From an uncultured Spirochaetota bacterium (lineage in GTDB: Bacteria > Spirochaetota > Spirochaetia > SZUA-6 > Fen-1364), in assembly GCA_963845535.1 (NCBI GenBank), contig CAWJSK010000010.1, positions 1 to 45,600 on the forward strand: DNA of 45,600 nt, given 5' to 3'. A program made the position numbers and the translations under genes. Position 1 is the stretch's first letter. Each line of letters begins with the position of its first letter. Under the pieces are notes generated by a model. It searched no databases. It was not told where the DNA came from and saw only the letters and a program-made list of their open reading frames with translations. This document shows, piece after piece, positions 6,945 to 15,476 of the stretch.

Positions 6945-6980
6945 GAAAGGCAGCACTCCAGAGGCGGCTGCCTTTCTTGT
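6945..6980 (+). terminator. Hairpin/terminator after the tRNA-Asn fragment
   Basis: GAAAGGCAGC (6945-6954) pairs with GCTGCCTTTC (6967-6976). Confidence 0.55.
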
Positions 6981-7119
6981 CTCCTGAGCGACCTGGCCCA
7001 AGCGTCGTTAATGACCGACTCGGAAAAGAGCATAGGGTCAATAATTCTTGAACTACGGTGGATCTGCAACACGGCCTGTCTTTCATCGAGCCCTAGCGGC
7101 TGAGCCGCTTTCAAGCCGC

Positions 7120-7335
7120 TCATGCAGTCGCCCCAGATCCCTGAAGAAATTTCAGCAAATCTTCCCGAAGGATGATCAGCTTACGCTCTCCGACAGAAAT
7201 GGCGCGGAGGCGTCGGCTCCTAACGAGTCGAAGGACGGAACTCTCGGAAATTCGCAACTCATCCGAAACCTCGGCGATTGTCAGCGCGCCGATGGTTGAT
7301 CGGTTTTCTCGAACTCTGCGCACATGTGGGCTCAT
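7120..7335 (-). CDS. Excisionase-family (HTH_17/MerR-like) DNA-binding protein
   Basis: LTIAEVSDELRISESSVLRLVRSRRLRAISVGERKLII-REDLLKFL is a typical Xis winged-HTH pattern; near the integrase. Confidence 0.75.
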   Translation of the reverse strand: MSPHVRRVRENRSTIGALTIAEVSDELRISESSVLRLVRSRRLRAISVGERKLIILREDLLKFLQGSGATA

Positions 7336-7908
7336 GATTGCACTGACTGAATGACCGCCGTAGAGCTTGGTTCAAGGTGCGAAGGAGCTCTGTAGGCTCT
7401 ACTGCCAAAGGCGTCCGTGTGCTTCTCAGGAGCGGCCAGCGATATAAAGACGCGGCAGCTAAGGCGCACTTTTTCCAGCCGCCCTTCACAAATGTCCCCC
7501 CAGATCGCACGATTGCCCACATCGGGCACAATTACTGCTTCGTCCACTGGAGGCTGGAGGCAAAGTGGAATCGAAAGTAGATCCGGCTGCCAACTGTCCC
7601 AGCGTTCTATCTGAGTTGTCAAGCTTGCTCCGATCGAGTGCATCATCAGGCAAATTATAGTATGAGGAAACAGGCGATTTGCTTAACCGGTTGCGCATGG
7701 TTTACCTTTTTTTTGTTTTTTTCTTGTAGAACCGTAGGAAACAGAAAAAAAACCAAAGAGAAACAGTGAAATTTTCCAGCACGGGCCTTGGGGAGTTCAA
7801 GCGAAAGACGGTGAGCAAATGCTATGATGAAAATTCGAGATAGGTTCGGGTGTGCACGTGAGACCTGCGGTGATCGACGAAGGTGTCCTTCGGGGACTTG
7901 CAGCACGC

Positions 7909-9159
7909 CTACTGGTGGGGGCGTTTCGCGGTCTTCTTCTTTCCATCCTTCCCGTTTCCGATCTTCTTCTCTTCGATCCGAGCGACGCTTATCTTTCCGT
8001 CAAACAGTCCGTCAGCGATTTTCGCGACTGCCCGGCGTTGCTCAGTCGTGATCTCCGTATACCGTTCCGTCATCGCTTCCGAGGTGTGCCCGGTGAGCAT
8101 ACGAAGCTGGTAGTCGGGAACGAATGGGCGAACGTTCGAATTGTAGAAATGCCGCCACGCATGGAAATTGAGTTTTCTCCTTTTCCTCTCCTCCAGAGTG
8201 ATCCCGATTTTCTCCAGGCCTTCATAGAAGTGACGAAGGATTATCGACTCAGAGAGTGGCTTTCCCCTGGAGTCTCCCCAGATCACAAAGCCGTCCTTCC
8301 AGGGATTGCGTTTCACAAGCTCATGAAGGACGGGGACCAGCCGGGGCGGGATGGGCATATCACGCTCCTTCACTGCTGCAAGCGTCGAGTGTTTCGGCCC
8401 TTTCATCTTCCGGCCTTCCGGTTCCGTGTCCTGCCAGTTGTGGCAAACGTGGACATAGTCTTCTCGTACATCCTCTGCCTGGAGTCCGCGGATCTCCCCC
8501 AGCCGCATGCCCGTCGTTGCAGCGATCAGATTGAAACCGTAGTGACGTGGATCCCGCCACTTGAGCGAGAAAAAGCGCTCCGCTTCCTTCATTTCCAGGA
8601 TCTGCCGTCTCGGTGCGGGATCGGGGAGCTTCTCCACTTGACGGGCCGGGTTCTCTCGAATCCGTCCCATCTTGAACGCCTGCCCCAGCGGGACCCGGAC
8701 TGCCTTGATGATGCCATTGACTCGCGATGGCCCGAGACCGCTCTCTCGAAGGTAGAGGGTCAGTGATTCCAGGAGTCCTGCCGTCACCTCGCTGACTCGG
8801 AGCTTTTCCTTACCCTGCTCGACAAGCCAGGGAGTCACGTACTTCCTAATTGCAGAGCGCGCGTTGACCACATAGACGGTCGACAGAGGCTTGAGCCGTG
8901 CCTCCCGTCCAGCGAGGTACTGCGAACCTTCGGCCCAGAAGTCCGCCAAGTAACGAACGAAGGTTTCCGCGTCCCGCACCGGGAGTCCTTCGGCGAGCCA
9001 CTTTCGGGCCTGGTTTTCGGCTGCGCCCTTAGCCGTCTTGCTCGTCGAACGGCGGTTCGTATACCGACGTGCAGCCTGATCCCAAAATGCGACGTAGTAG
9101 ATTCGGCCGCCTAGCCCCCCAGATGCTCTTCGATACAGAATGAATGGCTTTCGCTCCAT
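7909..9159 (-). CDS. Tyrosine recombinase, phage/island-type integrase (not IntI)
   Basis: Catalytic set GMRLGE, KGPK, HAWRH, LTGH, ERY; N-terminal arm-binding-like segment; no IntI-specific insertion; starts ~115 bp from the tRNA-Glu 3' end. Confidence 0.93.
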   Translation of the reverse strand: MERKPFILYRRASGGLGGRIYYVAFWDQAARRYTNRRSTSKTAKGAAENQARKWLAEGLPVRDAETFVRYLADFWAEGSQYLAGREARLKPLSTVYVVNARSAIRKYVTPWLVEQGKEKLRVSEVTAGLLESLTLYLRESGLGPSRVNGIIKAVRVPLGQAFKMGRIRENPARQVEKLPDPAPRRQILEMKEAERFFSLKWRDPRHYGFNLIAATTGMRLGEIRGLQAEDVREDYVHVCHNWQDTEPEGRKMKGPKHSTLAAVKERDMPIPPRLVPVLHELVKRNPWKDGFVIWGDSRGKPLSESIILRHFYEGLEKIGITLEERKRRKLNFHAWRHFYNSNVRPFVPDYQLRMLTGHTSEAMTERYTEITTEQRRAVAKIADGLFDGKISVARIEEKKIGNGKDGKKKTAKRPHQ

Positions 9160-9240
9160 TTTTACTTCCTAAAAGCGTACCATTCAGCGTATCAATAGGG
9201 TCGCTAATCTGTCAATGGATTTATAATTCATTATAATACA

Positions 9241-9270
9241 ATAAAATAAAAAGGGACGCTCTCGCGTCCC
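9241..9270 (-). terminator. Rho-independent terminator after tRNA-Glu
   Basis: GGGACGC-N4-GCGTCCC stem (9253-9270) followed by TTTTTATTTT on the minus strand. Confidence 0.7.
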
Positions 9271-9273
9271 ACA

Positions 9274-9345
9274 TAGCCCCTAGGGGAATCGAACCCCTCT
9301 TTTAAGATTGAGAATCTCATGTCCTAACCGATAGACGAAGGGGCC
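9274..9345 (-). tRNA. tRNA-Glu (anticodon CTC)
   Basis: GGCCCCTTCGTCTATCGGTTAGGACATGAGATTCTCAATCTTAAAAGAGGGGTTCGATTCCCCTAGGGGCTA folds as a cloverleaf. Confidence 0.96.
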
Positions 9346-9378
9346 ACTGCAGCCAACCCGCAAAGTCTCGGCTGTTCC

Positions 9379-9449
9379 TTTCCCGGGGAGGATTCGAACC
9401 CCCACAAAAAGATCCAGAGTCTTTTGTGCTACCGTTACACTACCGGGAA
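9379..9449 (-). tRNA. tRNA-Gln (anticodon CTG)
   Basis: TTCCCGGTAGTGTAACGGTAGCACAAAAGACTCTGGATCTTTTTGTGGGGGTTCGAATCCTCCCCGGGAAA folds as a cloverleaf. Confidence 0.96.
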
Positions 9450-9667
9450 CTGCGAAACAACGATAAGATTAGATATCCAAACGCCTGAAAAATGTCAAGG
9501 CGCTCTTGCCGCGCTCCTGCCGTGGGCGCTCTTACCGCGCCGCCTGCAACGGGGGCTTGCCTGCTGGGCCCGCTGTCGCGGTCGCGACCGCGACAGCGAC
9601 AGCGACCGCTCTGCCAGCCGTTCGTGCCCCCGGCGCGCGCTGCGGTCCGAGCCACTGGCAGCCCGCC

Positions 9668-10048
9668 CTACTTATTCTGGTAGAGCGCCTCGATGTACTG
9701 GAGCGTATTCTCGATCTGGATGTGGCTGATGGTGCATCTACCCTCCAGCACGACCCCGTCCTGGATGATCAGCTCGGGGGTCTTGATGTCGCCAAGCACG
9801 CGGGCGGAGGACAAAAGAAGGATGCGTCGCGAAGAGGTGATGTTGCCGATGATCACCCCCTCCACCACGACGCTCGTGGCAACGATGTTCGTCCTGACTC
9901 TCCCCTTGGGTCCTATCTGCAGCTGGTCCACCAACAGGGACTTGCCCTCGAAGCGCCCGTCAATGCGGAGGCTTCCCCGCACGGCATAGGAGCCCTCGAA
10001 GGAGGATTCCTCCCCGATGGTGGAGTTCGCATCGATATCTATCTGCAC
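9668..10048 (-). CDS. Bactofilin (polymer-forming cytoskeletal protein, CcmA family)
   Basis: STIGEESSFEG...GSLRIDGRFEG...VVVEGVIIGNI...ARVLGDIKTPELIIQDGVVLEGRC; GTG start with AGGAG RBS. Confidence 0.9.
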   Translation of the reverse strand: MQIDIDANSTIGEESSFEGSYAVRGSLRIDGRFEGKSLLVDQLQIGPKGRVRTNIVATSVVVEGVIIGNITSSRRILLLSSARVLGDIKTPELIIQDGVVLEGRCTISHIQIENTLQYIEALYQNK

Positions 10049-10049
10049 G

Positions 10050-10853
10050 CTAGCTCTCCTGGCTTTCAATGTCCGGCACGTTCAGGTACTGCCCGATCTC
10101 TGAGGCAAGCTGCGCCAGCTCACCCAGGGCCTTGCGCACGCTCCACCCCTGCAGCGCCCTCTTGCCTTCAATGGAATCAAACTCTATGCGCTCGTTGCCG
10201 TTCAGGCATTTAACCCCTTCACCGGCGGCATCTTCACCGAGGTCACTGGCAAACACATGCACCGCGTGAAAGAGCTTTGCCGCATCCGTTTCGATCTCCC
10301 TCTTGAGCTTTCCGAAGCGCTTGCGCATCTCCAGCTCCATCTCATAGCCCGCCAGGTCTTGCCCCAACCGGGCGTTTTCTTCCCGGAAGCCCTCGAGCTT
10401 TCGCTCCACCTCCTGGAGCCTTGCGTAGAACGCGTCACGGTCCAGGGAATGCTTGTAGTCAAGCTTCAGGCGCTTCTCCGTGAGGAAGGGAAGGAACTCG
10501 TCGCGAAACCATCCCACGTAGAGCATCAGATAATAGATCTCCTGCTGCGCGGCCGTGGGAGCCGCGTCATGCCCCCAGAGCAACGCCAGCCGATGGTCTG
10601 GCTTCAGCCCGGACTCCCTGGCAAGAAGGCGTCGCAGGAACGTGAGCTCGGCAAGACTGTCAGGCTCTTCCGCGTCCTGGACGGTCTCTGTGTCGATGAC
10701 GTTCACCGCGAGGATCTGCTCCCGTTGCTTCATCAGCTCCCGAAGCTGCTTCTCCACCCTCTGGCGCTGCCCACTGTCGGTGGTGGTCTTGAAGACGGTT
10801 TCGTATTGATGAATCACGCGGTTGAGCCGTGCGAGCTCCTCCTCGGGAGTCAT
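10050..10853 (-). CDS. Hypothetical helical protein
   Basis: 267 aa ORF with host-like codon usage, abutting the bactofilin gene. Confidence 0.7.
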   Translation of the reverse strand: MTPEEELARLNRVIHQYETVFKTTTDSGQRQRVEKQLRELMKQREQILAVNVIDTETVQDAEEPDSLAELTFLRRLLARESGLKPDHRLALLWGHDAAPTAAQQEIYYLMLYVGWFRDEFLPFLTEKRLKLDYKHSLDRDAFYARLQEVERKLEGFREENARLGQDLAGYEMELEMRKRFGKLKREIETDAAKLFHAVHVFASDLGEDAAGEGVKCLNGNERIEFDSIEGKRALQGWSVRKALGELAQLASEIGQYLNVPDIESQES

Positions 10854-10941
10854 GCTCTGGACTCTATCATCGCGTTCCCCGAAAGAAAAGCCCTCGCGTT
10901 TCCGCGAGGGCTCTGAAAGCGCATTGGGAAGTCAAGCCTCA

Positions 10942-11778
10942 TCACCAGCCGTCAGCCATGTCGTCGGTATCACGCTTGGATTCTCCGAAGAGGTCAGTGA
11001 CCGCTCGAAGATCGTCGAAATAGACGTAATAGGTGCCATATGTGTCCAACGGATCCGTCTCGATACGGAAGCCCATGATTTTTATCCCGCTGGTGGCTCC
11101 GTAGTGGAAGTCCTGCTGGACGACCGTTGGCGGTATTGCCACTGTCAGTTTCTTCCATCCGACAAAGTTCAGAGTACCGACGGTGACTTCCTGGGCCCGG
11201 CCCATGGAGTCCGTGAAAAGGAGCTTCAGGAGGTGGTTGTAGTTCCTGCCGACCACCCAGACGGAGACTGTCTTGACGATCCCCGGTATGGGGAGCGGCT
11301 CGGCCGGATAGACCGTGAAGAAAGAGTCACCCCTGTGGAAAAAGCTGACCTTGACGCCAAGAACGTACTTGTCCTCTTCCTTGATGCCGAGCTTGGCTTC
11401 TTCCGGGATGGGCTGCTTTCCTGCGGGGCTCCCCGCGAGCCTCTTCAGCTCGATGACGCCATCATCCAGCGGTATGCTCCCTCCCCAGAAAGCGGAATCC
11501 TCGAACTTCGAAACCGAGACCTCCTGCAGGAGCTGCTGTGCCTGGTCTTTTCCGATGTTCTCAGGATTGGGCTGTCCGACAGCGACGTTCTGCGCCGGCG
11601 GACTCTGTGTGGGTCCGCTTTGTCCCTGCGGTCCCGGAGTCTGCGCGCCCGGAGTCTGTGGTCCCGGAGTCGGCGCGCCTGGAGTCTGAGCGCCCGCGGC
11701 GGCCTGTGAGAACGCCGGCACCGCGAGAACCAGGGAGGCGAAAAGCAGGACAAGGACGATTCGTTCTTTCATCTTCAT
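10942..11778 (-). CDS. flaA: Periplasmic flagellar filament sheath protein FlaA (paralog 2)
   Basis: Signal peptide; VLGVKVSF, VSVWVVGRNYNH, LNFVGWKKL, YYVYFDDLRAVTD. Confidence 0.9.
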   Translation of the reverse strand: MKMKERIVLVLLFASLVLAVPAFSQAAAGAQTPGAPTPGPQTPGAQTPGPQGQSGPTQSPPAQNVAVGQPNPENIGKDQAQQLLQEVSVSKFEDSAFWGGSIPLDDGVIELKRLAGSPAGKQPIPEEAKLGIKEEDKYVLGVKVSFFHRGDSFFTVYPAEPLPIPGIVKTVSVWVVGRNYNHLLKLLFTDSMGRAQEVTVGTLNFVGWKKLTVAIPPTVVQQDFHYGATSGIKIMGFRIETDPLDTYGTYYVYFDDLRAVTDLFGESKRDTDDMADGW

Positions 11779-11783
11779 GTCTC

Positions 11784-12527
11784 CTACTTGCTTGCCTGCT
11801 GCCAGAGCTGGTTCACGTAATCAGGATCAGCAAGGGCCTCTCCATCAAAGCGCCTTTGGTACATGTCGGTGAGGATTGTAAGCTCGTCAATGTAGATGTA
11901 GGCATCGTCCACCTTCTCATCAGGCGCCGTCCAGATGACGATCTTCGTCAGCTCGAGTCCCTGGAACTGGGGGAGGTAGCGACGTGACTGGGGGATGGAA
12001 CCCGGGACGGTGACCGAAAGGTCCCTCCACCCGATGAACTGCAGTGATCCGAGATGGAACACGTGGTCGATCCCGCGAAAGTCGCGCAGGAAGATGTCCA
12101 TCGAGTAGTTGTAGTTCGATCCCCACACCCACAGGTCCATCCTCTGCACTCGGCCGGGGATTGGAAGGGTGGTGGGGACGAGGTTCCCGGAGCTGTCCTT
12201 GGTGGCCGGGATTATCTCAATGTAGTTGTACCCCTTGCGGTCGAACTTGCTCCATATTCCCAGGGAGTTCAGGTCGCGGTTTTCCTTGTTGCGGCCATAG
12301 ACGGCATCAGGAAAGACTCCATTCACGATCTTGTGCTCCGGATATCCCTGCGTGGCAAACTTGCTTCCCTGGACGATCCAGTTCGTCATTTTTGCCTGGT
12401 CGTCAAAGGTGATCAACGGCCGCACCTGCAGGCTTTCCGTGCCGTCCTGCGCCATGACAGACATGGCGGTGAAGAGGAGCATCAATGTCAACGCTGTGCC
12501 GAGGAACGCTCTCAATCCTGGCGTCAT
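11784..12527 (-). CDS. flaA: Periplasmic flagellar filament sheath protein FlaA (paralog 1)
   Basis: WIVQGSKF, FDRKGYNYIEI, DLWVWGSNYNY, LQFIGWRDL, IPQSRRYLP; ATG 12527 with AAGGAG RBS. Confidence 0.9.
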   Translation of the reverse strand: MTPGLRAFLGTALTLMLLFTAMSVMAQDGTESLQVRPLITFDDQAKMTNWIVQGSKFATQGYPEHKIVNGVFPDAVYGRNKENRDLNSLGIWSKFDRKGYNYIEIIPATKDSSGNLVPTTLPIPGRVQRMDLWVWGSNYNYSMDIFLRDFRGIDHVFHLGSLQFIGWRDLSVTVPGSIPQSRRYLPQFQGLELTKIVIWTAPDEKVDDAYIYIDELTILTDMYQRRFDGEALADPDYVNQLWQQASK

Positions 12528-12579
12528 GCCCGTCTCCTTTTGCAAAAGCGGAACTCAGTCAGTTTCCAACTCACTGGAA

Positions 12580-12608
12580 ATTATATTTCTGGGGCCACCC
12601 CTTGTCAA
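12580..12608 (-). promoter_or_regulatory. Consensus sigma70 promoter of the flaA operon
   Basis: Exact TTGACA-17 nt-TATAAT on the minus strand, ~50 bp upstream of flaA. Confidence 0.85.
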
Positions 12609-12637
12609 ATTTTTTTCCCCGCCGCGTCCGGAAGGGC

Positions 12638-13576
12638 TCATTTGATGGCCACCGGGGGGGTAACCTGGGCAGGGATGGGCCGGGCCCTTCCCGCCACAAG
12701 CCTCACGGGACCGCTCACGACACCGGCCCCGGTTACCCTGTTCGAGAGAAAGCGCTCCACCCCGCCGGCGAGGTCCGTCTCTATGGAAAGAAACACCTGC
12801 CGGGGGAACGCCTTCGACGCAGCCCAGTTGGAGACAACGGCGCAGCCTCCGGAGTTCCTCATGTCTTCCAGCGCCCATGAATCGGGGTTCCCCGTGAAAA
12901 GGAGAAAGATCTCGACTCCGTCAGTCCGCATCTGGTCGATGGCGGCTTTCACCCCGTTTCGATCCACAGTGTCTGAGACGGTCCGCATCAGAGGCTGGCC
13001 GCCGTCAAGGGCCTGCGCGACGCCGCTGGAGAAAGCCTCAAGCTCCTCCGATGTCCCGGGAGGATGCGATGAGACGAGAACACCGATGCGTGAAGCGAGC
13101 GCATTTGTGACCCTGCCCCCGGCCTCGGCGCTCACAGACAAGCCCGCTGCGTACCCAGCGGTTTTGAATGGCCCGGTCCGGTCGAATATCAGCCGGATCA
13201 TGTCGTCCTGCTGGGGAGCCGTGGGGTCACCGACGAGCAAAAGGCGTGTCTGGGCCGGCGCGAAGTCCAACGGCTCGAGGGAAAGCAAAGGACCTACAAC
13301 AACGGCCCGGTAGTGGCGGGCAAAAATGGCTTTTTTGAGGCTCCCTTCGGGATCTTGCTGAGCGCCGATGACGAGGAACCGGGGAAGGTATCCGCGCGCA
13401 AGGGATGCGCGGACAAGAGGCCAATGCAGGAGGCCGTCCCCTCCCTGGGCGGTCCAGTACTGCTCCTCCATGGCAATGAGAACTCTCCCGTTCCAGCAGC
13501 CGCCCAGGAGCAAGGCGCATGAAACCGCGAGCGCTGAGAGGAGCATGCGTGTCTTGCAAGCGCGTGAGAACAACAT
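12638..13576 (-). CDS. Hypothetical lipoprotein
   Basis: 312 aa; hydrophobic N-terminus ending LLGGC (lipobox-like). Confidence 0.6.
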   Translation of the reverse strand: MLFSRACKTRMLLSALAVSCALLLGGCWNGRVLIAMEEQYWTAQGGDGLLHWPLVRASLARGYLPRFLVIGAQQDPEGSLKKAIFARHYRAVVVGPLLSLEPLDFAPAQTRLLLVGDPTAPQQDDMIRLIFDRTGPFKTAGYAAGLSVSAEAGGRVTNALASRIGVLVSSHPPGTSEELEAFSSGVAQALDGGQPLMRTVSDTVDRNGVKAAIDQMRTDGVEIFLLFTGNPDSWALEDMRNSGGCAVVSNWAASKAFPRQVFLSIETDLAGGVERFLSNRVTGAGVVSGPVRLVAGRARPIPAQVTPPVAIK

Positions 13577-13640
13577 CCAGCCCTTGACAGTGTATGTTCA
13601 TCCCGGGATATTAGTCCATACCTTTTCAGGAGGATGCCCA

Positions 13641-14612
13641 ATGGTCAGCTACAAGGAGCTCGGGCTCGTCAACACTCGTGAAATGTTCCGCAAGGCAATG
13701 GCAGGCAAATACGCCATCCCCGCGTACAATTTCAACAACATGGAGCAGCTCCAGGCCATTATCCAGGGGTGCATGAACAGCCGTTCCCCGGTCATCCTCC
13801 AGGTGTCCAAGGGCGCCCGAAAGTACGCCAACCAGGTCCTCCTGCAGTACATGGCGCAGGGAGCCATGCAGATGATCAAGGCCGCCGGCCTTTCCATCCC
13901 TGTCGCGCTTCACCTCGACCACGGCGACTCGTACGAGCTGTGCGTCTCCTGCATCGAAAGCGGTTTTTCCTCCGTCATGATCGACGGTTCGTCCCTGCCC
14001 TATGAGAAGAACGTCGAGCTCACGAAGAAAGTCGTGGAGTACGCGCACGCGCATGATGTGACCGTGGAAGGTGAGCTGGGAGTGCTCGCAGGCATCGAGG
14101 ATGAGGTGGCATCCGAGAAGTCTCACTATACGAACCCAGACGATGTGGAAGATTTCGTGAAAAAGACCGGCGCTGACAGCCTGGCCATCTCAATCGGCAC
14201 CTCCCACGGCGCATACAAGTTCAAGCTCAAGCCTGGTGATCCCATGCCCACGCTGCGTTTCGACATCCTCGAAGAAGTGGAGCGCAGGATTCCTGGATTC
14301 CCCATCGTGCTTCACGGCGCTTCTTCCGTCCTGAAGGAGTACGTGGACATCATCAACAAGTACGGCGGGAAGATGGAAGGTGCGGTGGGGATTCCGGAGG
14401 AACAGCTACGCAAGGCGGCACGGTCCGCGGTCTGCAAGATCAACATTGACTCCGACGGCAGGCTCGTGATAACGGCCATGATCCGCAAGGCGTTCGCGGA
14501 AGATCCAAAAGGGTTTGACCCCCGCAACTACCTCGGACCCGCCCGTGAAGAGCTGACGAAGCTGATCGAGCGCAAGAACAAGGAAGTGCTGGGCAGCGCC
14601 GGAGCAGCGTAA
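13641..14612 (+). CDS. fba: Class II fructose-1,6-bisphosphate aldolase
   Basis: AYNFNNMEQ, LHLDHG, SSVMIDGS, VEGELG, IGTSHGAYK, IVLHGAS, KINIDSD; AGGAGG RBS. Confidence 0.96.
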   Translation: MVSYKELGLVNTREMFRKAMAGKYAIPAYNFNNMEQLQAIIQGCMNSRSPVILQVSKGARKYANQVLLQYMAQGAMQMIKAAGLSIPVALHLDHGDSYELCVSCIESGFSSVMIDGSSLPYEKNVELTKKVVEYAHAHDVTVEGELGVLAGIEDEVASEKSHYTNPDDVEDFVKKTGADSLAISIGTSHGAYKFKLKPGDPMPTLRFDILEEVERRIPGFPIVLHGASSVLKEYVDIINKYGGKMEGAVGIPEEQLRKAARSAVCKINIDSDGRLVITAMIRKAFAEDPKGFDPRNYLGPAREELTKLIERKNKEVLGSAGAA

Positions 14613-14661
14613 GCCGCGCCGCGCCCTCACCATCGCGTAAAGGCAGCGCTCCGCGCCGCCT

Positions 14662-15321
14662 TTACGCCCGCACGACTCTTGGAAACTTCATCGTAAGCCA
14701 GAAAATCGACGCCAAAAGCGGAAGCACAGTCAGCAGGACCGCCAACCCCTCGCGATCAATCAAGAAAAGAAACGCGGGAATGGTAAAGCCCAGCGCCAAC
14801 GCAGCAGCCAGGGAAAACACCGGGACGGAAGCCCGGCCCTCCCACGGGAAAAATCTTCGCGCTGACAAGGAAACCACGATCAAGGCCGAAAGCCGGATCA
14901 TGGGCAGCAGGAACAACAGGTAGGCGCTCCAATTCCCCCACGCCCGCACCATGTCGGCTATGTTCATCATCGCCATGAAACCTGCAAGGAAGGCGAAGAC
15001 GCCAAGGAAGTTTTCTTCCTCGATCCCGGAAATCTGAAGCTTGCTCTTCAAAACCAGGAGACAGCCGACCGCCGCAAGAAGCGGAAAAAGCTGGTCACGC
15101 TGGAAAAGGGAGAGGAAGAGCAGAAACCCCGTGTAAGAAAAGCCAAAAATCCGCCTGACGATCAATACAGCGAGAAAGCCCGGAAAGAACATGAGAACAC
15201 CCTTCAAGAACGTGCCCACGAGAAAGGACGTTTCAGCGGGGTTTCGTTTCCCCCATCCCCAGGGAAGCCACAGGAGAAGAAGGAAAAAAAGTGGTACAAT
15301 TGCCAGCAGGAACAACGCCAT
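14662..15321 (-). CDS. Hypothetical integral membrane protein
   Basis: About 7 hydrophobic segments; start uncertain. Confidence 0.65.
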   Translation of the reverse strand: MALFLLAIVPLFFLLLLWLPWGWGKRNPAETSFLVGTFLKGVLMFFPGFLAVLIVRRIFGFSYTGFLLFLSLFQRDQLFPLLAAVGCLLVLKSKLQISGIEEENFLGVFAFLAGFMAMMNIADMVRAWGNWSAYLLFLLPMIRLSALIVVSLSARRFFPWEGRASVPVFSLAAALALGFTIPAFLFLIDREGLAVLLTVLPLLASIFWLTMKFPRVVRA

Positions 15322-15387
15322 AGTTCCGCGCATAATATCAAAGCAGAAAGCAAAGAACAAGCAATCATTAGATTATAGTTATATATG

Positions 15388-15405
15388 TCGTGATTGTTAT
15401 CACGA
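15388..15405. promoter_or_regulatory. Palindromic operator TCGTGATTGTTATCACGA (Rex- or Crp-type) upstream of hydrogenase operon
   Basis: TCGTGAT-N4-ATCACGA inverted repeat in an AT-rich intergenic region, between TATAGT (15374-15379) and TTGACA (15411-15416). Confidence 0.6.
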
Positions 15406-15476
15406 TATTCTTGACAAAATCGATAAAAAATGACCAAATAGGTTCAGACCAACGAAAGACCCAGGAGGCGCAAGAA

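Noticed and set aside
7332..7906. Short ORFs between xis and int
   Set aside because: No RBS or domain evidence; the region includes A/T homopolymer tracts and looks non-coding or decayed.
7852..8766. 304-aa plus-strand ORF and other long antisense ORFs (e.g. 12054-13313, 16430-17353, 37119-38516)
   Set aside because: Shadow ORFs opposite well-supported genes in high-GC DNA, without motifs.
7909..9159. This integrase as the integron integrase
   Set aside because: It lacks the IntI-specific insertion, has an arm-binding-type N-terminus and an Xis partner, and is separated from the array by the tRNA-Asn att site.
9274..9300. Direct repeat of the tRNA-Glu 3' end defining the other island boundary
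   Set aside because: Not found by eye in 1-9273; only short chance matches.
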